Source: Candidatus Dojkabacteria bacterium (GTDB taxonomy: Bacteria > Patescibacteriota > Dojkabacteria > B142 > WJKM01). Taken from it: 64,000 nucleotides of DNA. Shown here piece by piece: positions 38,603 to 48,540 of this stretch. The DNA is taken from contig WJKM01000004.1 in the NCBI GenBank assembly GCA_014729085.1, positions 4,345 to 68,344 on the forward strand. The letters are read 5' to 3'. Below the pieces are notes generated by a model that saw only the letters and a list, made by a program, of their open reading frames with translations, was not told the DNA's origin and did not search any database. Each line of letters begins with the position of its first letter. Position 1 is the first letter of the stretch. Position numbers and translations under genes: made by a program.

Positions 38603-39395
38603 TAAAATAATTAAGCATGATAATTGTAAATGAAGTCATAAAGACAGTAATAAAATTAGATACAAATTTGTGTGAATTTCTTAAATTGTTAATTTCCAAT
38701 ATATTATTTGAATAAGTCATTAATAAAAGGTGAATCCAGTTTATTAAAACATATATACAGGATATGACTATTATAAAAAATATAATTCTCATTATCTTTA
38801 GATTTCTATAATAGCTTAAAATCAAAGTAAAGACTGACAGAAGATATATATTAGAAACCCCACTACACCCACTATCTATATTAGTATAAATATTACCTGT
38901 AATTATAATTGTATTAACCAATTCTGTTTTAGGATTAATTAAATGAATTATTTCAAAGATCGAAACAGAATAGAATCTTCTAAACAAGATACCAACTATA
39001 GAATTAGTATAAAAGAGAAGGGGAAGGGATAAGAATAAAAGCAGAGATATTATTAGAATTTGTTCATAGTATTTTTTTTCTACAAATAAGAATAATAGAA
39101 TAGTTATGGAAATAATGAATAAAAATGCAGAAATTATAGATATTTTAAAATAATATAAATTCAATAAATCTAAAATTAAAATTGGAATTAGTATCAGAAA
39201 ATATTTCGAATTCCTAATAGAAGCAATTTTAATATTACCTCTGTTAATTTTAGAAATTAAAAGAAGAATAGTAGCTAAAAATATAACAAATCCATATATA
39301 TTTCTAATATCGGAAAACCAAAATCTACATAACCATATTATTGTATTGAAGAAATATAAACATATCAAAAAGAAAATTATTAGGTATTTCTTCAT
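38580..39395 (-). CDS. Exosortase/archaeosortase family protein (XrtO-like)
   Basis: About 8 TM helices; IDSGCSG catalytic Cys motif, N.IH at the usual NxxR position, and a downstream His (NSHKF). Confidence 0.72.
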   Translation of the reverse strand: MKKYLIIFFLICLYFFNTIIWLCRFWFSDIRNIYGFVIFLATILLLISKINRGNIKIASIRNSKYFLILIPILILDLLNLYYFKISIISAFLFIISITILLFLFVEKKYYEQILIISLLLFLSLPLLFYTNSIVGILFRRFYSVSIFEIIHLINPKTELVNTIIITGNIYTNIDSGCSGVSNIYLLSVFTLILSYYRNLKIMRIIFFIIVISCIYVLINWIHLLLMTYSNNILEINNLRNSHKFVSNFITVFMTSFTIIMLNYFNGNFKTD

Positions 39396-39483
39396 ATGAA
39401 ATTAATCACATATATCGAAAACATTTTAAAACTCTTTGCAAAATTGTTAGTGTATTTTCAATATCTATATACTATACAAAAAA

Positions 39484-39897
39484 CTAGTTATAAAGTTTAT
39501 AGTAAGTAGAGGGAAAAAGATTTGCAGGTTTCGCTCCTTCATTCAATTTTCTTTCTAGCCACTGAACCTGTTCTACAGGATCGCAGTAATCATCTAACTT
39601 ATGAAATCCTTCATGAACCTGGAAAATACCTCGATATTTATAATAATATGATGTATTGTTTAAACCAGACTCAGCTTTTGCTAATGCTACAAAGTTTAAA
39701 TCCATAGTCTTTGTTTGATTTATAATTGCTGCAACCTCATCAGGTGGCATATAGGGAGTTCTGCAATGAGGATCCTCATATACGATTTCTTCCTCAACTA
39801 TCTTCTCAGATACATCATTATTAAAATTCTCTGTTATATAAGCTCCTCCAAACGATAAACTGGTCGAAAGTACAATCGATGATATGATTTTGAACAT
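39484..39897 (-). CDS. Lysozyme-like / lytic transglycosylase domain protein
   Basis: LAKAESGLN..YRGIFQV (ES and GxFQ motifs); signal peptide. Confidence 0.75.
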   Translation of the reverse strand: MFKIISSIVLSTSLSFGGAYITENFNNDVSEKIVEEEIVYEDPHCRTPYMPPDEVAAIINQTKTMDLNFVALAKAESGLNNTSYYYKYRGIFQVHEGFHKLDDYCDPVEQVQWLERKLNEGAKPANLFPSTYYKLYN

Positions 39898-40069
39898 TTG
39901 ATGTTCAATTTAGATTTTAATTGCCCTTCTTATATCAATAAGTCACTTTTCTTTGGGCAACAAATAATACTATAAATAACAAAAAATTTAAATAGTAGGA
40001 ATTTTGAAACTATAAGTTGATTTGTAGGTTTCTTATGGTATAATCAACTTATATTTCAGCATTATTATT

Positions 40070-41344
40070 ATGAAAAGAAATATTATAACTGTTTCATTCA
40101 CAATCCTTTCTATTTTACTGGTTTTCTGGATTGTAACAGAAAGTACAGCAGCTAATCCGGGAAATAATTGCTGTGGAGAAGCAGATTATGGAAGTTGTAC
40201 AACAGATGGCGATTGGATAGATGGCTATATTGCTTGTTCGAACGGACAATGCAGTAAATGTGCTGGAGCTTCATGGCATTCATGTAATTATGATGGAAAC
40301 TGTGGACCAGGAGAAGATCATGTAGTATGTCCAAATGACTGTGATCAGTACGGAAGAAGTACTGGCTCAAGTAGTACCGATAATTATACTAATTCCGGAA
40401 GCAATCAATGTTCGTGCGCTGATTGGAATTATAATGGTTGTGGTCGAGGTTGTACATTCCCTGGAGGTAAAGACTGTTCGGGAACTGCAAAAGCTAATCC
40501 TGGACGAGTAGTAGTACAGTGGTGTTCAAGTGTAAATAACGCTACATGTAGAGTCGATCCTCCATCAGGTTGTAACTGTATTGTAGGGAACAACTCGGGC
40601 ATGAATATAGGAGACTGCGGAACCTGTGGAAATAAAGCCTGGAGATGGAATCCGGAACAAACACCGCCCCCTTCACAGCCTACTCCTGTGCCTACTCAGC
40701 CAACTTTACCGCCGCCACCATTACCTGGCTGTCCATGTGTAAGAACTTATACAAATCCAAGTGAATCGCCATATTATAACCCTCAGACTAAACAAACTTT
40801 TCCTGATGTTCCTATATCACATCAGTATTTTGAATATATTCAATGCCTTGAATGTGATAACGTAGTTCATGGATACAGCAATTGGACTTTCAAACCGGAG
40901 CAACCAATTACTAGAGCTGAAATGGCTAAAATAATCGAAAACGGCTTTCGAATACCTGAAAATCTTGGATGCACACCTTTTAGAGATGTTCATTATGGTA
41001 CAGTTTTTTATCATTACATTACGACTCTTAAATGCTGGGGAATCTCAAACGGATATTCTGATGGTACATATAGACCTCAATATTATATTACAAGAGCTGA
41101 AGCTGTTAAACTTATTGTTCTGGCAGCAAGACGTGCTAAAGCTGATCCCAATTTTTTAGCAAACCGAGCAAATCATCAAGTTTTTTATGATGTACCAACA
41201 AATCATGTACATTTCCAATACATTAATGCTCTTTACTCAAATAATGTAAGAGATCCTAACTATAGTCAGTACTTTAGGCCAGAAAACTATATAACAAGAG
41301 CCGAAATGTCTCTATATGTTGATATCGCAAGGAGATATATGTAA
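40070..41344 (+). CDS. Secreted Cys-rich protein with Pro-rich linker and three SLH domains
   Basis: Signal peptide, more than 20 Cys, PTPVPTQP linker, three ITRAE repeats. Confidence 0.88.
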   Translation: MKRNIITVSFTILSILLVFWIVTESTAANPGNNCCGEADYGSCTTDGDWIDGYIACSNGQCSKCAGASWHSCNYDGNCGPGEDHVVCPNDCDQYGRSTGSSSTDNYTNSGSNQCSCADWNYNGCGRGCTFPGGKDCSGTAKANPGRVVVQWCSSVNNATCRVDPPSGCNCIVGNNSGMNIGDCGTCGNKAWRWNPEQTPPPSQPTPVPTQPTLPPPPLPGCPCVRTYTNPSESPYYNPQTKQTFPDVPISHQYFEYIQCLECDNVVHGYSNWTFKPEQPITRAEMAKIIENGFRIPENLGCTPFRDVHYGTVFYHYITTLKCWGISNGYSDGTYRPQYYITRAEAVKLIVLAARRAKADPNFLANRANHQVFYDVPTNHVHFQYINALYSNNVRDPNYSQYFRPENYITRAEMSLYVDIARRYM

Positions 41345-41473
41345 TCATTCCTCCTTACTCCTCTTTTTGACACAACTAATAATTTTGTATTCTGTATAAA
41401 TCTGGTATAAAATAATTCTGAGTCAAATTTTAAACAAATGTTTAAAATTGAATCGACAATACATTTTAACTAA

Positions 41474-41884
41474 ATGACTATGCCTAACCTCCTTAAAATA
41501 CTCGTAACCTCTTCAATAACTTTACTGGTAGCCTTGGTATGGCATTCTCCGTTTGTTTTTGGGAAAGTATGGTTGAGAGTTTCCCATCTTTTATCAAAGA
41601 AAGTAGCTGAAAAAAAGGAAAGTTTATATAGACTATACTTATACACTTATCTTTCTGGACTCATTACCACATATGTTTTAGCAAAATTTATTACTGTTCT
41701 TAAAATTCAAACTTTTATACCTGGTATGCTGACAGGTTACTGGATGTGGGTGGGTTTCGTTGCTGCAACTACTCTGCCTGATTATCTTTTCGAAAAACGT
41801 CCCTTAGAGTTATTCTTGATTAATGTTGGGAGAGATTTAGTCAGTATGCTTTTAATGGGTGGAATACTTGCTGTATGGCTTTAA
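41474..41884 (+). CDS. DUF1761 family membrane protein
   Basis: WHSP.VFG..W, W.GFVA..LFEKRP..LFLIN.G. Confidence 0.82.
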   Translation: MTMPNLLKILVTSSITLLVALVWHSPFVFGKVWLRVSHLLSKKVAEKKESLYRLYLYTYLSGLITTYVLAKFITVLKIQTFIPGMLTGYWMWVGFVAATTLPDYLFEKRPLELFLINVGRDLVSMLLMGGILAVWL

Positions 41885-41887
41885 AAT

Positions 41888-42031
41888 TTATAGTTGTAAT
41901 TCCATAAAGGCTTCAAAATATTCTTCTAGTTCTTTATTCTTAACTTTTTCTAAATCAAACTTTATTATATTTCCTACATCATGCAAAAGGCAGATCTGGA
42001 TCAAAATATCTTGATCTATTTCTTCACCCAA
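41888..42031 (-). pseudogene. Remnant of an HD-domain protein gene
   Basis: Minus strand reads LGEEIDQDILIQICLLHDVGNIIKFDLEK..; it is preceded in frame by TGA. Confidence 0.6.
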
Positions 42032-42065
42032 TCAATTACAATTGAATTTTTATACAAATTTAATG

Positions 42066-42731
42066 CTAGTTCTCTTCAATAATCACATCCTCTATTACCA
42101 CATCCTCAATCGGTTTGTCTAAAGCACCAGTTTCAACCTTTCCAATTTCTTCCACTACATCCATACCTTCTACAACTTTTCCAAAAACAGCATGCTTGCT
42201 TGTAGATGGCTCCTTATCATAGTCAAGTTGCGTATTATCAACTAAGTTAATAAAAAACTGGCTTCCATTTGTATCGGGACCTGAATTAGCCATAGAGATA
42301 GTACCTTTCAAATTAGACAATTCCTTATGAAATTCATCTGGGAACTGGTAGCCTGGGCCTCCCATCCCTGTTCCTTCTGGGTCTCCACCTTGTATCATAA
42401 ATTGATCAATGACTCTATGGAAAAGGATTCCATCGAAATAATCTTCTTTTGCAAGAATTATAAAATTACTAACTGTCATCGGAACCTTATCTGCAAAAAA
42501 TTCTATTTTGAAATCACCCATGTTTGTTTTAATAATTGCAAAATAATTCTTACCTTCTTCAGTTATATTTTCAAATGGAAATTCCTCTTCTGGAGGAGAT
42601 TCGATTTGTTGTATATCCTGAGTTACGTCTGAGTCATCTGAATCGTCTACTTTTTCTATAGTACATCCAGTTGTTAATAATGCGAACATAAAAATAACTA
42701 TAAGAAATAAAAAAGTCTTAAAAAATTTCAT
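42066..42731 (-). CDS. Cyclophilin-type peptidyl-prolyl isomerase (lipoprotein)
   Basis: FHRVIDQFMIQGGDP, SMANSGPDTNGSQFFI, HAVFGKVVEG; TTGC lipobox. Confidence 0.95.
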   Translation of the reverse strand: MKFFKTFLFLIVIFMFALLTTGCTIEKVDDSDDSDVTQDIQQIESPPEEEFPFENITEEGKNYFAIIKTNMGDFKIEFFADKVPMTVSNFIILAKEDYFDGILFHRVIDQFMIQGGDPEGTGMGGPGYQFPDEFHKELSNLKGTISMANSGPDTNGSQFFINLVDNTQLDYDKEPSTSKHAVFGKVVEGMDVVEEIGKVETGALDKPIEDVVIEDVIIEEN

Positions 42732-42843
42732 GCTTTTAGATTAATATATAATTTAAAACCAAGAGAAAACTATGTATTTTAACAATTTTTTACTTATAAA
42801 AAAACTTGATTTTTATATAATAAATATTTATACTCTATCAGTA

Positions 42844-43212
42844 ATGAATACTATTAAGGAACGAAACACAATTCAAAAAAAACTAATAATAGATTTCTTA
42901 TCAAATACGAAATCACATCCAACTGCTTATGAGATATATGACGAAGTTAAGAAAAAAATTCCCAATGTAAGTAAAGGAACCATATATAGAAATCTAAAAA
43001 AATTAAAAAAGGAGTCTAAGGTCAAGGAAATTTATTGGGATGTCGCTCATTTTGATGGCAATACTGACCCCCATGGTCATTTCATTTGTTCAAAATGCGA
43101 TCAAATTAGAGATATAGAAGATATTCAGGTAAATTTGCGAAAACTTGAACATTATGGAAAAATTGATAGCTTTGATATATACATTTATGGAATTTGTAAC
43201 GATTGTATATAA
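42844..43212 (+). CDS. Fur/PerR family transcriptional regulator
   Basis: HPTAYEIY, GTIYRNL, HGHFICSKC and CxxC; ATG 42844 is preferred. Confidence 0.92.
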   Translation: MNTIKERNTIQKKLIIDFLSNTKSHPTAYEIYDEVKKKIPNVSKGTIYRNLKKLKKESKVKEIYWDVAHFDGNTDPHGHFICSKCDQIRDIEDIQVNLRKLEHYGKIDSFDIYIYGICNDCI

Positions 43213-43291
43213 TAACGTTATTTAATTCTGAAATAACAATACTATTTAATTGCATTATTAACTATTTTTTTTATTTATTATTGTAAACACA

Positions 43292-45541
43292 ATGTCATCT
43301 TTTAAAAAGGGTAAATGGACAGAAGAAATTGATGTCCGAAATTTTATTCAACAAAATTACAAACCATACAATGGAGACGAAACCTTCCTTTCAGAAGCAA
43401 CCGAAAGAACTAAGGAAATTTGGGAGAAGCTTCGGGAACTAATGAAAAAAGAAGTAGAAAAGGGAATCCTGGATCTAGACGTAGAAACACCTTCCTCTAT
43501 CACAAGTCATGAACCAGGTTATATAGATGAAGATAACGAAATTATTGTTGGCCTTCAAACCGATGAACCGCTAAAAAGAGCAATTAAACCAAATGGCGGA
43601 ATTCGACTTGTGGAAAAAGCTGCCGAAGCATATGGATATTCAATTCCTAAGGAAGTATCGGAAATCTTTTACAAATATAGAAGAACTCATAATGACGGTG
43701 TTTTTTCTGCATATACGTCTGAACATAGAATGCTTAGAAGCAAACATATTATAACTGGACTTCCAGATAATTATGGTAGAGGAAGAATAATTGGTGATTA
43801 CAGAAGAATTTCATTATATGGGACAGAAAGGCTAATTGAAGATAAAAAAGATCAATTGGAAGCACTCACGGATGAAATGAATCAAGAAACAATTCGACTA
43901 CGAGAAGAAATATTTGATCAAATAAAAGCCCTGAAGGAAATGACTCAAATGGCAGAGTCTTATGGATTCGATATAACCAAACCAGCAGCAGACTCTAAAG
44001 AAGCCATACAATGGCTTTATTTTGCATATTTGGCCGCAGTCAAGGAACAAGACGGGGCTGCTATGTCTTTTGGTAGAGTAGATGCCTTTCTAGACATCTT
44101 TTTCGAAAAAGACTTAGATTCAGGAAAATATACAGAAGATCAAATCCAGGAAATGATAGATGATTTTGTAATTAAACTTAGAATTGTACGCCATCTAAGA
44201 CCTCCTCAATACAATCAATTATTTGCAGGAGATCCTACTTGGGTAACTCTTGTTCTTGGAGGAACAGGTATTAATGGTCGAAACATGGTGACGAAAACGT
44301 CTTATCGACTTCTAAATACTCTAAGCAATCTTGGACCGGCACCAGAACCTAACCTTACTGTACTATGGGGTAAAACATTGCCTGAAAGTTGGAAAAATTA
44401 TTGTTCTAGACAATCAGTACTTTCAAGCTCAATACAATATGAAAATGATGATTTAATGAAACAGTATTATGGAGATGATTATGGAATTGCATGCTGTGTT
44501 TCTGGGATGGCAATTGGTAAACAAATGCAATTTTTCGGAGCACGAGCTAATCTTGCCAAGGCCCTGCTTCTAGCAATAAATGGAGGTAAAGAAGAACCGA
44601 TTACTCATGAGTGTGAATGTAAAGGAGAAGGCGGAGATGCCATTATTCCTGGTCTTAAATCCTATAATAAAGACGAATATTTAGATTACGAAAAAGTATG
44701 GCCACAGTTTGTAAAAGTTATGGATTGGCTTGCAGAAAGATATGTGAATATGATGAACACAATTCACTTCATGCACGACAAATACCACTATGAAGCAAGT
44801 CAAATGGCACTTCATGATAGAGATGTACATAGATTTATGGCTTTTGGTGTCGCTGGACTTTCTGTAGTTGCTGATGCCTTATCTGCAATTAAATATGCAA
44901 AAGTTAAGCCAATCCTAAATGATAAAGGTGTAGCACAGAACTATGAAATCGAGGGAGATTTCCCATGCTTCGGAAACGATGATGATAGAGTAGATCAAAT
45001 TGCAAAAGATGTAACTCATGAATTCATTAAAGCATTGAGAAAATATCCAACATATCGAAATGCTGAACATACTTTATCAATCCTAACTATTACTTCTAAT
45101 GTCGTTTATGGTGATGGGACAGGTGCTACTCCAGATGGAAGAAAGTCCGGGGTTGCTTTTGCACCTGGTGCAAATCCAATGCATGGAAGAGATAAGAATG
45201 GAGCTGTAGCTTCTCTAAATTCAGTTGCTAAACTCTCTTACGATGATTGCCAAGATGGAATTTCAAATACATTCTCAATTGTTCCAAGTTCTCTTGGTAA
45301 AGACATAGAAGAACAGGTACAAAATCTGACTCAAATGATGGATGGATATTTTGTTGGAAAAGGAGCCCATCATCTCAATGTTAATGTTTTAAATAAAGAA
45401 ACATTACTCGATGCACAAAAGCATCCTGAAAAGTATCCACAACTTACAATAAGAGTCAGCGGATATGCTGTGAATTTCGTGAAATTAAGTAAGAAACAAC
45501 AAGATGAGGTTATATCAAGAACATTCCATGAAACAATCTAA
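43292..45541 (+). CDS. pflB: Pyruvate formate-lyase (formate C-acetyltransferase)
   Basis: [17 protein letters not shown] catalytic Cys pair and TIRVSGYAV glycyl-radical loop. Confidence 0.97.
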   Translation: MSSFKKGKWTEEIDVRNFIQQNYKPYNGDETFLSEATERTKEIWEKLRELMKKEVEKGILDLDVETPSSITSHEPGYIDEDNEIIVGLQTDEPLKRAIKPNGGIRLVEKAAEAYGYSIPKEVSEIFYKYRRTHNDGVFSAYTSEHRMLRSKHIITGLPDNYGRGRIIGDYRRISLYGTERLIEDKKDQLEALTDEMNQETIRLREEIFDQIKALKEMTQMAESYGFDITKPAADSKEAIQWLYFAYLAAVKEQDGAAMSFGRVDAFLDIFFEKDLDSGKYTEDQIQEMIDDFVIKLRIVRHLRPPQYNQLFAGDPTWVTLVLGGTGINGRNMVTKTSYRLLNTLSNLGPAPEPNLTVLWGKTLPESWKNYCSRQSVLSSSIQYENDDLMKQYYGDDYGIACCVSGMAIGKQMQFFGARANLAKALLLAINGGKEEPITHECECKGEGGDAIIPGLKSYNKDEYLDYEKVWPQFVKVMDWLAERYVNMMNTIHFMHDKYHYEASQMALHDRDVHRFMAFGVAGLSVVADALSAIKYAKVKPILNDKGVAQNYEIEGDFPCFGNDDDRVDQIAKDVTHEFIKALRKYPTYRNAEHTLSILTITSNVVYGDGTGATPDGRKSGVAFAPGANPMHGRDKNGAVASLNSVAKLSYDDCQDGISNTFSIVPSSLGKDIEEQVQNLTQMMDGYFVGKGAHHLNVNVLNKETLLDAQKHPEKYPQLTIRVSGYAVNFVKLSKKQQDEVISRTFHETI

Positions 45542-45569
45542 ATTTTAATGGAATTTTCATTTTAAATTT

Positions 45570-45598
45570 AAACGACGGGAGTAACTCCCGTCGTTTTT
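45570..45598 (+). terminator. Intrinsic terminator after pflB
   Basis: AAACGACGGGAG-TAA-CTCCCGTCGTTTTT. Confidence 0.9.
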
Positions 45599-45896
45599 AC
45601 TTATTAATTCAAAACAAATTACTCTTCTATTATTATAAAAAGAAAAGAATTTGCCTTAAAAAACTAGCTAACTTTCTTAATAAATTAGGTTTAGAATAAC
45701 AACTTTCATTTTCCCATAATTTATCCATTCCCATATAAATTAAATTACAATTTAATTTGGGCAGGTGTTAGTATAAAATTATCAAATAAAACAACAATAT
45801 TTTTAAAAAAATAATTTATTTCAATTATAAATATTTCAAATACAAAATTCATTGTATTCCAATACAAATCAAAAATCTTTATTGTATAATAACGCC

Positions 45897-46703
45897 ATGG
45901 GAAATCAAAAAGAAAGAACAACAACTGGATATGTACACTCAATTGAAACATTTGCAGCTTTAGATGGACCCGGATTAAGAACGGTTATTTTTATCCAAGG
46001 TTGCCCCTTAAAATGTAAATTCTGCCATAATATAGATTGTGCCTTAAAAGAAAAAAAGGGGGATTATATTTCAGCTAAAAATTTAGTTAAAAAAATCCTT
46101 AAAAATAAGCCTTATTGGGAATCGTGCAATGTTTCCGACCGTAAATGCAGAGGTGGTGTAACATTAAGTGGAGGTGATCCTGTTTTTCAGCCTAAATTCA
46201 CATTGGATATTTTAAAAGAATTGAAGAAACATCAAATACATACTGCAGTTGATACCTCTCTTTACACTTCTCATAAAACAATTGATTCTTGGCTTCCTTT
46301 TGTAGACCTTTGGATGGTTTCTCTTAAACATATGAATTCTGCTAAACATAGAGAACTAACATCCGTTGATAATAAAAGAATACTTGAAAATATTGTTTAT
46401 CTGGATTCCAAACTATCAGATATTCCTAATAAAAACAAAGATACTCAAAAATTAAGAATTCGGTTCTTAGTAATTCCGACTATTACAGATGATCCCGAAC
46501 ATATCAGACAGGTAGGAAAATTTGTATCAAAAATTCAAAATTTAGAAGTACTTGAAATCTTAAAATATGGTTCACATGGAAAGCACAAGTGGATAGAAAT
46601 TTTTGGTAAGTACGAACTAGAAGGTGTACCCGAAGCAGAAGACAAAGATATTGAAAGAGCTTTAAAAATACTTGAGAATTATAAACTCCCGATAAAAAAA
46701 TAA
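45897..46703 (+). CDS. pflA: PFL-activating enzyme (radical SAM)
   Basis: HSIETF..DGPGLR, CPLKCKFCHN and GGVTLSGG; ATG 45897 is preferred. Confidence 0.93.
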   Translation: MGNQKERTTTGYVHSIETFAALDGPGLRTVIFIQGCPLKCKFCHNIDCALKEKKGDYISAKNLVKKILKNKPYWESCNVSDRKCRGGVTLSGGDPVFQPKFTLDILKELKKHQIHTAVDTSLYTSHKTIDSWLPFVDLWMVSLKHMNSAKHRELTSVDNKRILENIVYLDSKLSDIPNKNKDTQKLRIRFLVIPTITDDPEHIRQVGKFVSKIQNLEVLEILKYGSHGKHKWIEIFGKYELEGVPEAEDKDIERALKILENYKLPIKK

Positions 46704-46837
46704 GTATTCCTTCCTTTACTTATCTTCCGTAATTATTCGGTTGTCTTTATCTAAGTAAGTTGTTATTATTTCTCAATTTTTATAAACTTTAGATGCAAAT
46801 CCACATTATTACGTTTATTTGGCTTAATCTTTTTATT

Positions 46838-46867
46838 AAAAGAGTCCCCCAGGGACTCTTTTTTTTT
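46838..46867 (+). terminator. Intrinsic terminator downstream of pflA
   Basis: AAAAGAGTCCC-CCA-GGGACTCTTTTTTTTT. Confidence 0.85.
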
Positions 46868-46887
46868 ATTCTTATTATTTATCAATA

Positions 46888-47256
46888 ATGCATGTAGAGC
46901 AATTTTTACAAGAAAGTGAAAAAACTTTAGCTTCACCATTAAACTTTAAAAGAGACGATTTTCAACTTACACTTTTATATGGAGCTACAAGAATTGCTGT
47001 TGAAGGGAGTGAAATACTAGATCATATACATAATTCTGTATTTCGTGAATCAGACATAGATAAAGCGCATTTAGAAGAAGAATTAGGTGATTTGATGTAT
47101 GCAGTTGGAATAATCTTAAGAAGTCTGGATTTTGATCTAGAAACAATAATGGATAAACAAATACAAAAAAACGAATTGATATTTGGAGATGAAGGATATA
47201 ATGCTGATCTTTGGAGATCACGTGATAAAAAAAGCGAAAGCGAGATATTTAGTTAA
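46888..47256 (+). CDS. MazG-like nucleotide pyrophosphohydrolase
   Basis: EGSEILD..LEEELGDLMY. Confidence 0.78.
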   Translation: MHVEQFLQESEKTLASPLNFKRDDFQLTLLYGATRIAVEGSEILDHIHNSVFRESDIDKAHLEEELGDLMYAVGIILRSLDFDLETIMDKQIQKNELIFGDEGYNADLWRSRDKKSESEIFS

Positions 47257-47725
47257 CTAATATCGATTCTTCTATAGAATTTTCAATCATCTGTACTTCT
47301 TTTGAAATTTGTTTTTTAATCAAAAACCTAATTGGAGAATAAAAAATTAATGTCGAAACCATCTTACTCAAAAAATGACTATTAGGATCATTAAAAACAA
47401 CTAATTTAAGCGATACCTTCTCTTTGTTTTGCTGTAAAACAAATTTACCCATTATATTTAGATAAGAAAATGGTTTAATAAGTTTGAAAGTGAAAGATTT
47501 ATTGGCTTTGGTTTTCGTTGTTATAAATCGTAATCGTAGAAATATAAGTAAAAATTTTTCCCTTGTTTCAAAAATCGCACCTTCTTCAATAATTTTCCCT
47601 TTAACAGGAATTATCCCTTTATGAGAGTCCATTTTATAGATGTCTGGATTTGTACTGACCTTGTAAAAATAGTCAATAATAGTTTCGATATTTGAATCAA
47701 CAAAGGTTTCAGAAAAAATTTTCAT
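47249..47725 (-). CDS. Hypothetical protein (SRPBCC-like)
   Basis: Alpha/beta pattern with a C-terminal helix. Confidence 0.55.
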   Translation of the reverse strand: MKIFSETFVDSNIETIIDYFYKVSTNPDIYKMDSHKGIIPVKGKIIEEGAIFETREKFLLIFLRLRFITTKTKANKSFTFKLIKPFSYLNIMGKFVLQQNKEKVSLKLVVFNDPNSHFLSKMVSTLIFYSPIRFLIKKQISKEVQMIENSIEESILVN

Positions 47726-48030
47726 CTATAAATTTTGACAAGAGCAAGAGTAGAAAACAAAATAATCAATACAGTGACTATTTGAAAAAAATCACGTCTT
47801 AGTAAATTATATAATTTCTTGAATCTTATCTCTCCTTCATTCTGGTCTATCCTAAAAAACCAAATAAACATTAAGTAAAACGAAAAAATTATCCAACACT
47901 CAAAAGCCCAAAGCCTTCTACTCAACATGTCATTACTTCTAGGAGTCATTAAAAAATAATAGAAAGCATAAACAAAACTTGATAAATAAGTAAAATGGAT
48001 AAATTTTTTAAAGAAATTTTTATTAAACAT
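47722..48030 (-). CDS. Small membrane protein
   Basis: Three TM helices; RRLWAFECWI. Confidence 0.65.
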   Translation of the reverse strand: MFNKNFFKKFIHFTYLSSFVYAFYYFLMTPRSNDMLSRRLWAFECWIIFSFYLMFIWFFRIDQNEGEIRFKKLYNLLRRDFFQIVTVLIILFSTLALVKIYR

Positions 48031-48035
48031 AATGT

Positions 48036-48434
48036 TTATTTATAACAAAATTTAGTTTTCATCCCATCTACTACAAAACAAGCATTTGATATACACTCCA
48101 GATTATTCTTTTCACAAAAATCAAGTGCCTCATCAGACTCGGAACCTGGCTGCATCCAAATCATTTCAATACCTAGCTGTTTACATTCTCTTATAACATT
48201 AAAAGATATTTCAGGAGGGACAACTGTAATAACCAAATCAACTATAAAAGGGATCTCCTTTAAGTTCGAGTAACAGGTACTTTCTTCTATTTGTTTATAT
48301 TTTGGATTAACTGGGACTACCTTATAATCAGCCTCTAACAGTTTATCAAAAATTTTTCTTCCCCACTTATCTTTATCGTTAGATACACCAACGATAGCTA
48401 TTTTATTATCCTTGTTCAAAAACTGATTGTACAT
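48036..48434 (-). CDS. CoA-binding protein (YccU family)
   Basis: IAIVGVS, VVPVNP and IWMQPG. Confidence 0.9.
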   Translation of the reverse strand: MYNQFLNKDNKIAIVGVSNDKDKWGRKIFDKLLEADYKVVPVNPKYKQIEESTCYSNLKEIPFIVDLVITVVPPEISFNVIRECKQLGIEMIWMQPGSESDEALDFCEKNNLECISNACFVVDGMKTKFCYK

Positions 48435-48540
48435 TGTACCAATTATGTAAATAAAATCGGGATTATATTGTAAAATAGAAGGTGCAATAGATATGTTATA
48501 TTTTATAACTTATTTCTAAGAATTTCAAATAAGACGAACA

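Noticed and set aside
45745-45951. 68-aa minus-strand ORF between pflB and pflA
   Set aside because: It overlaps the pflA start and promoter region and is low-complexity AT-rich sequence.
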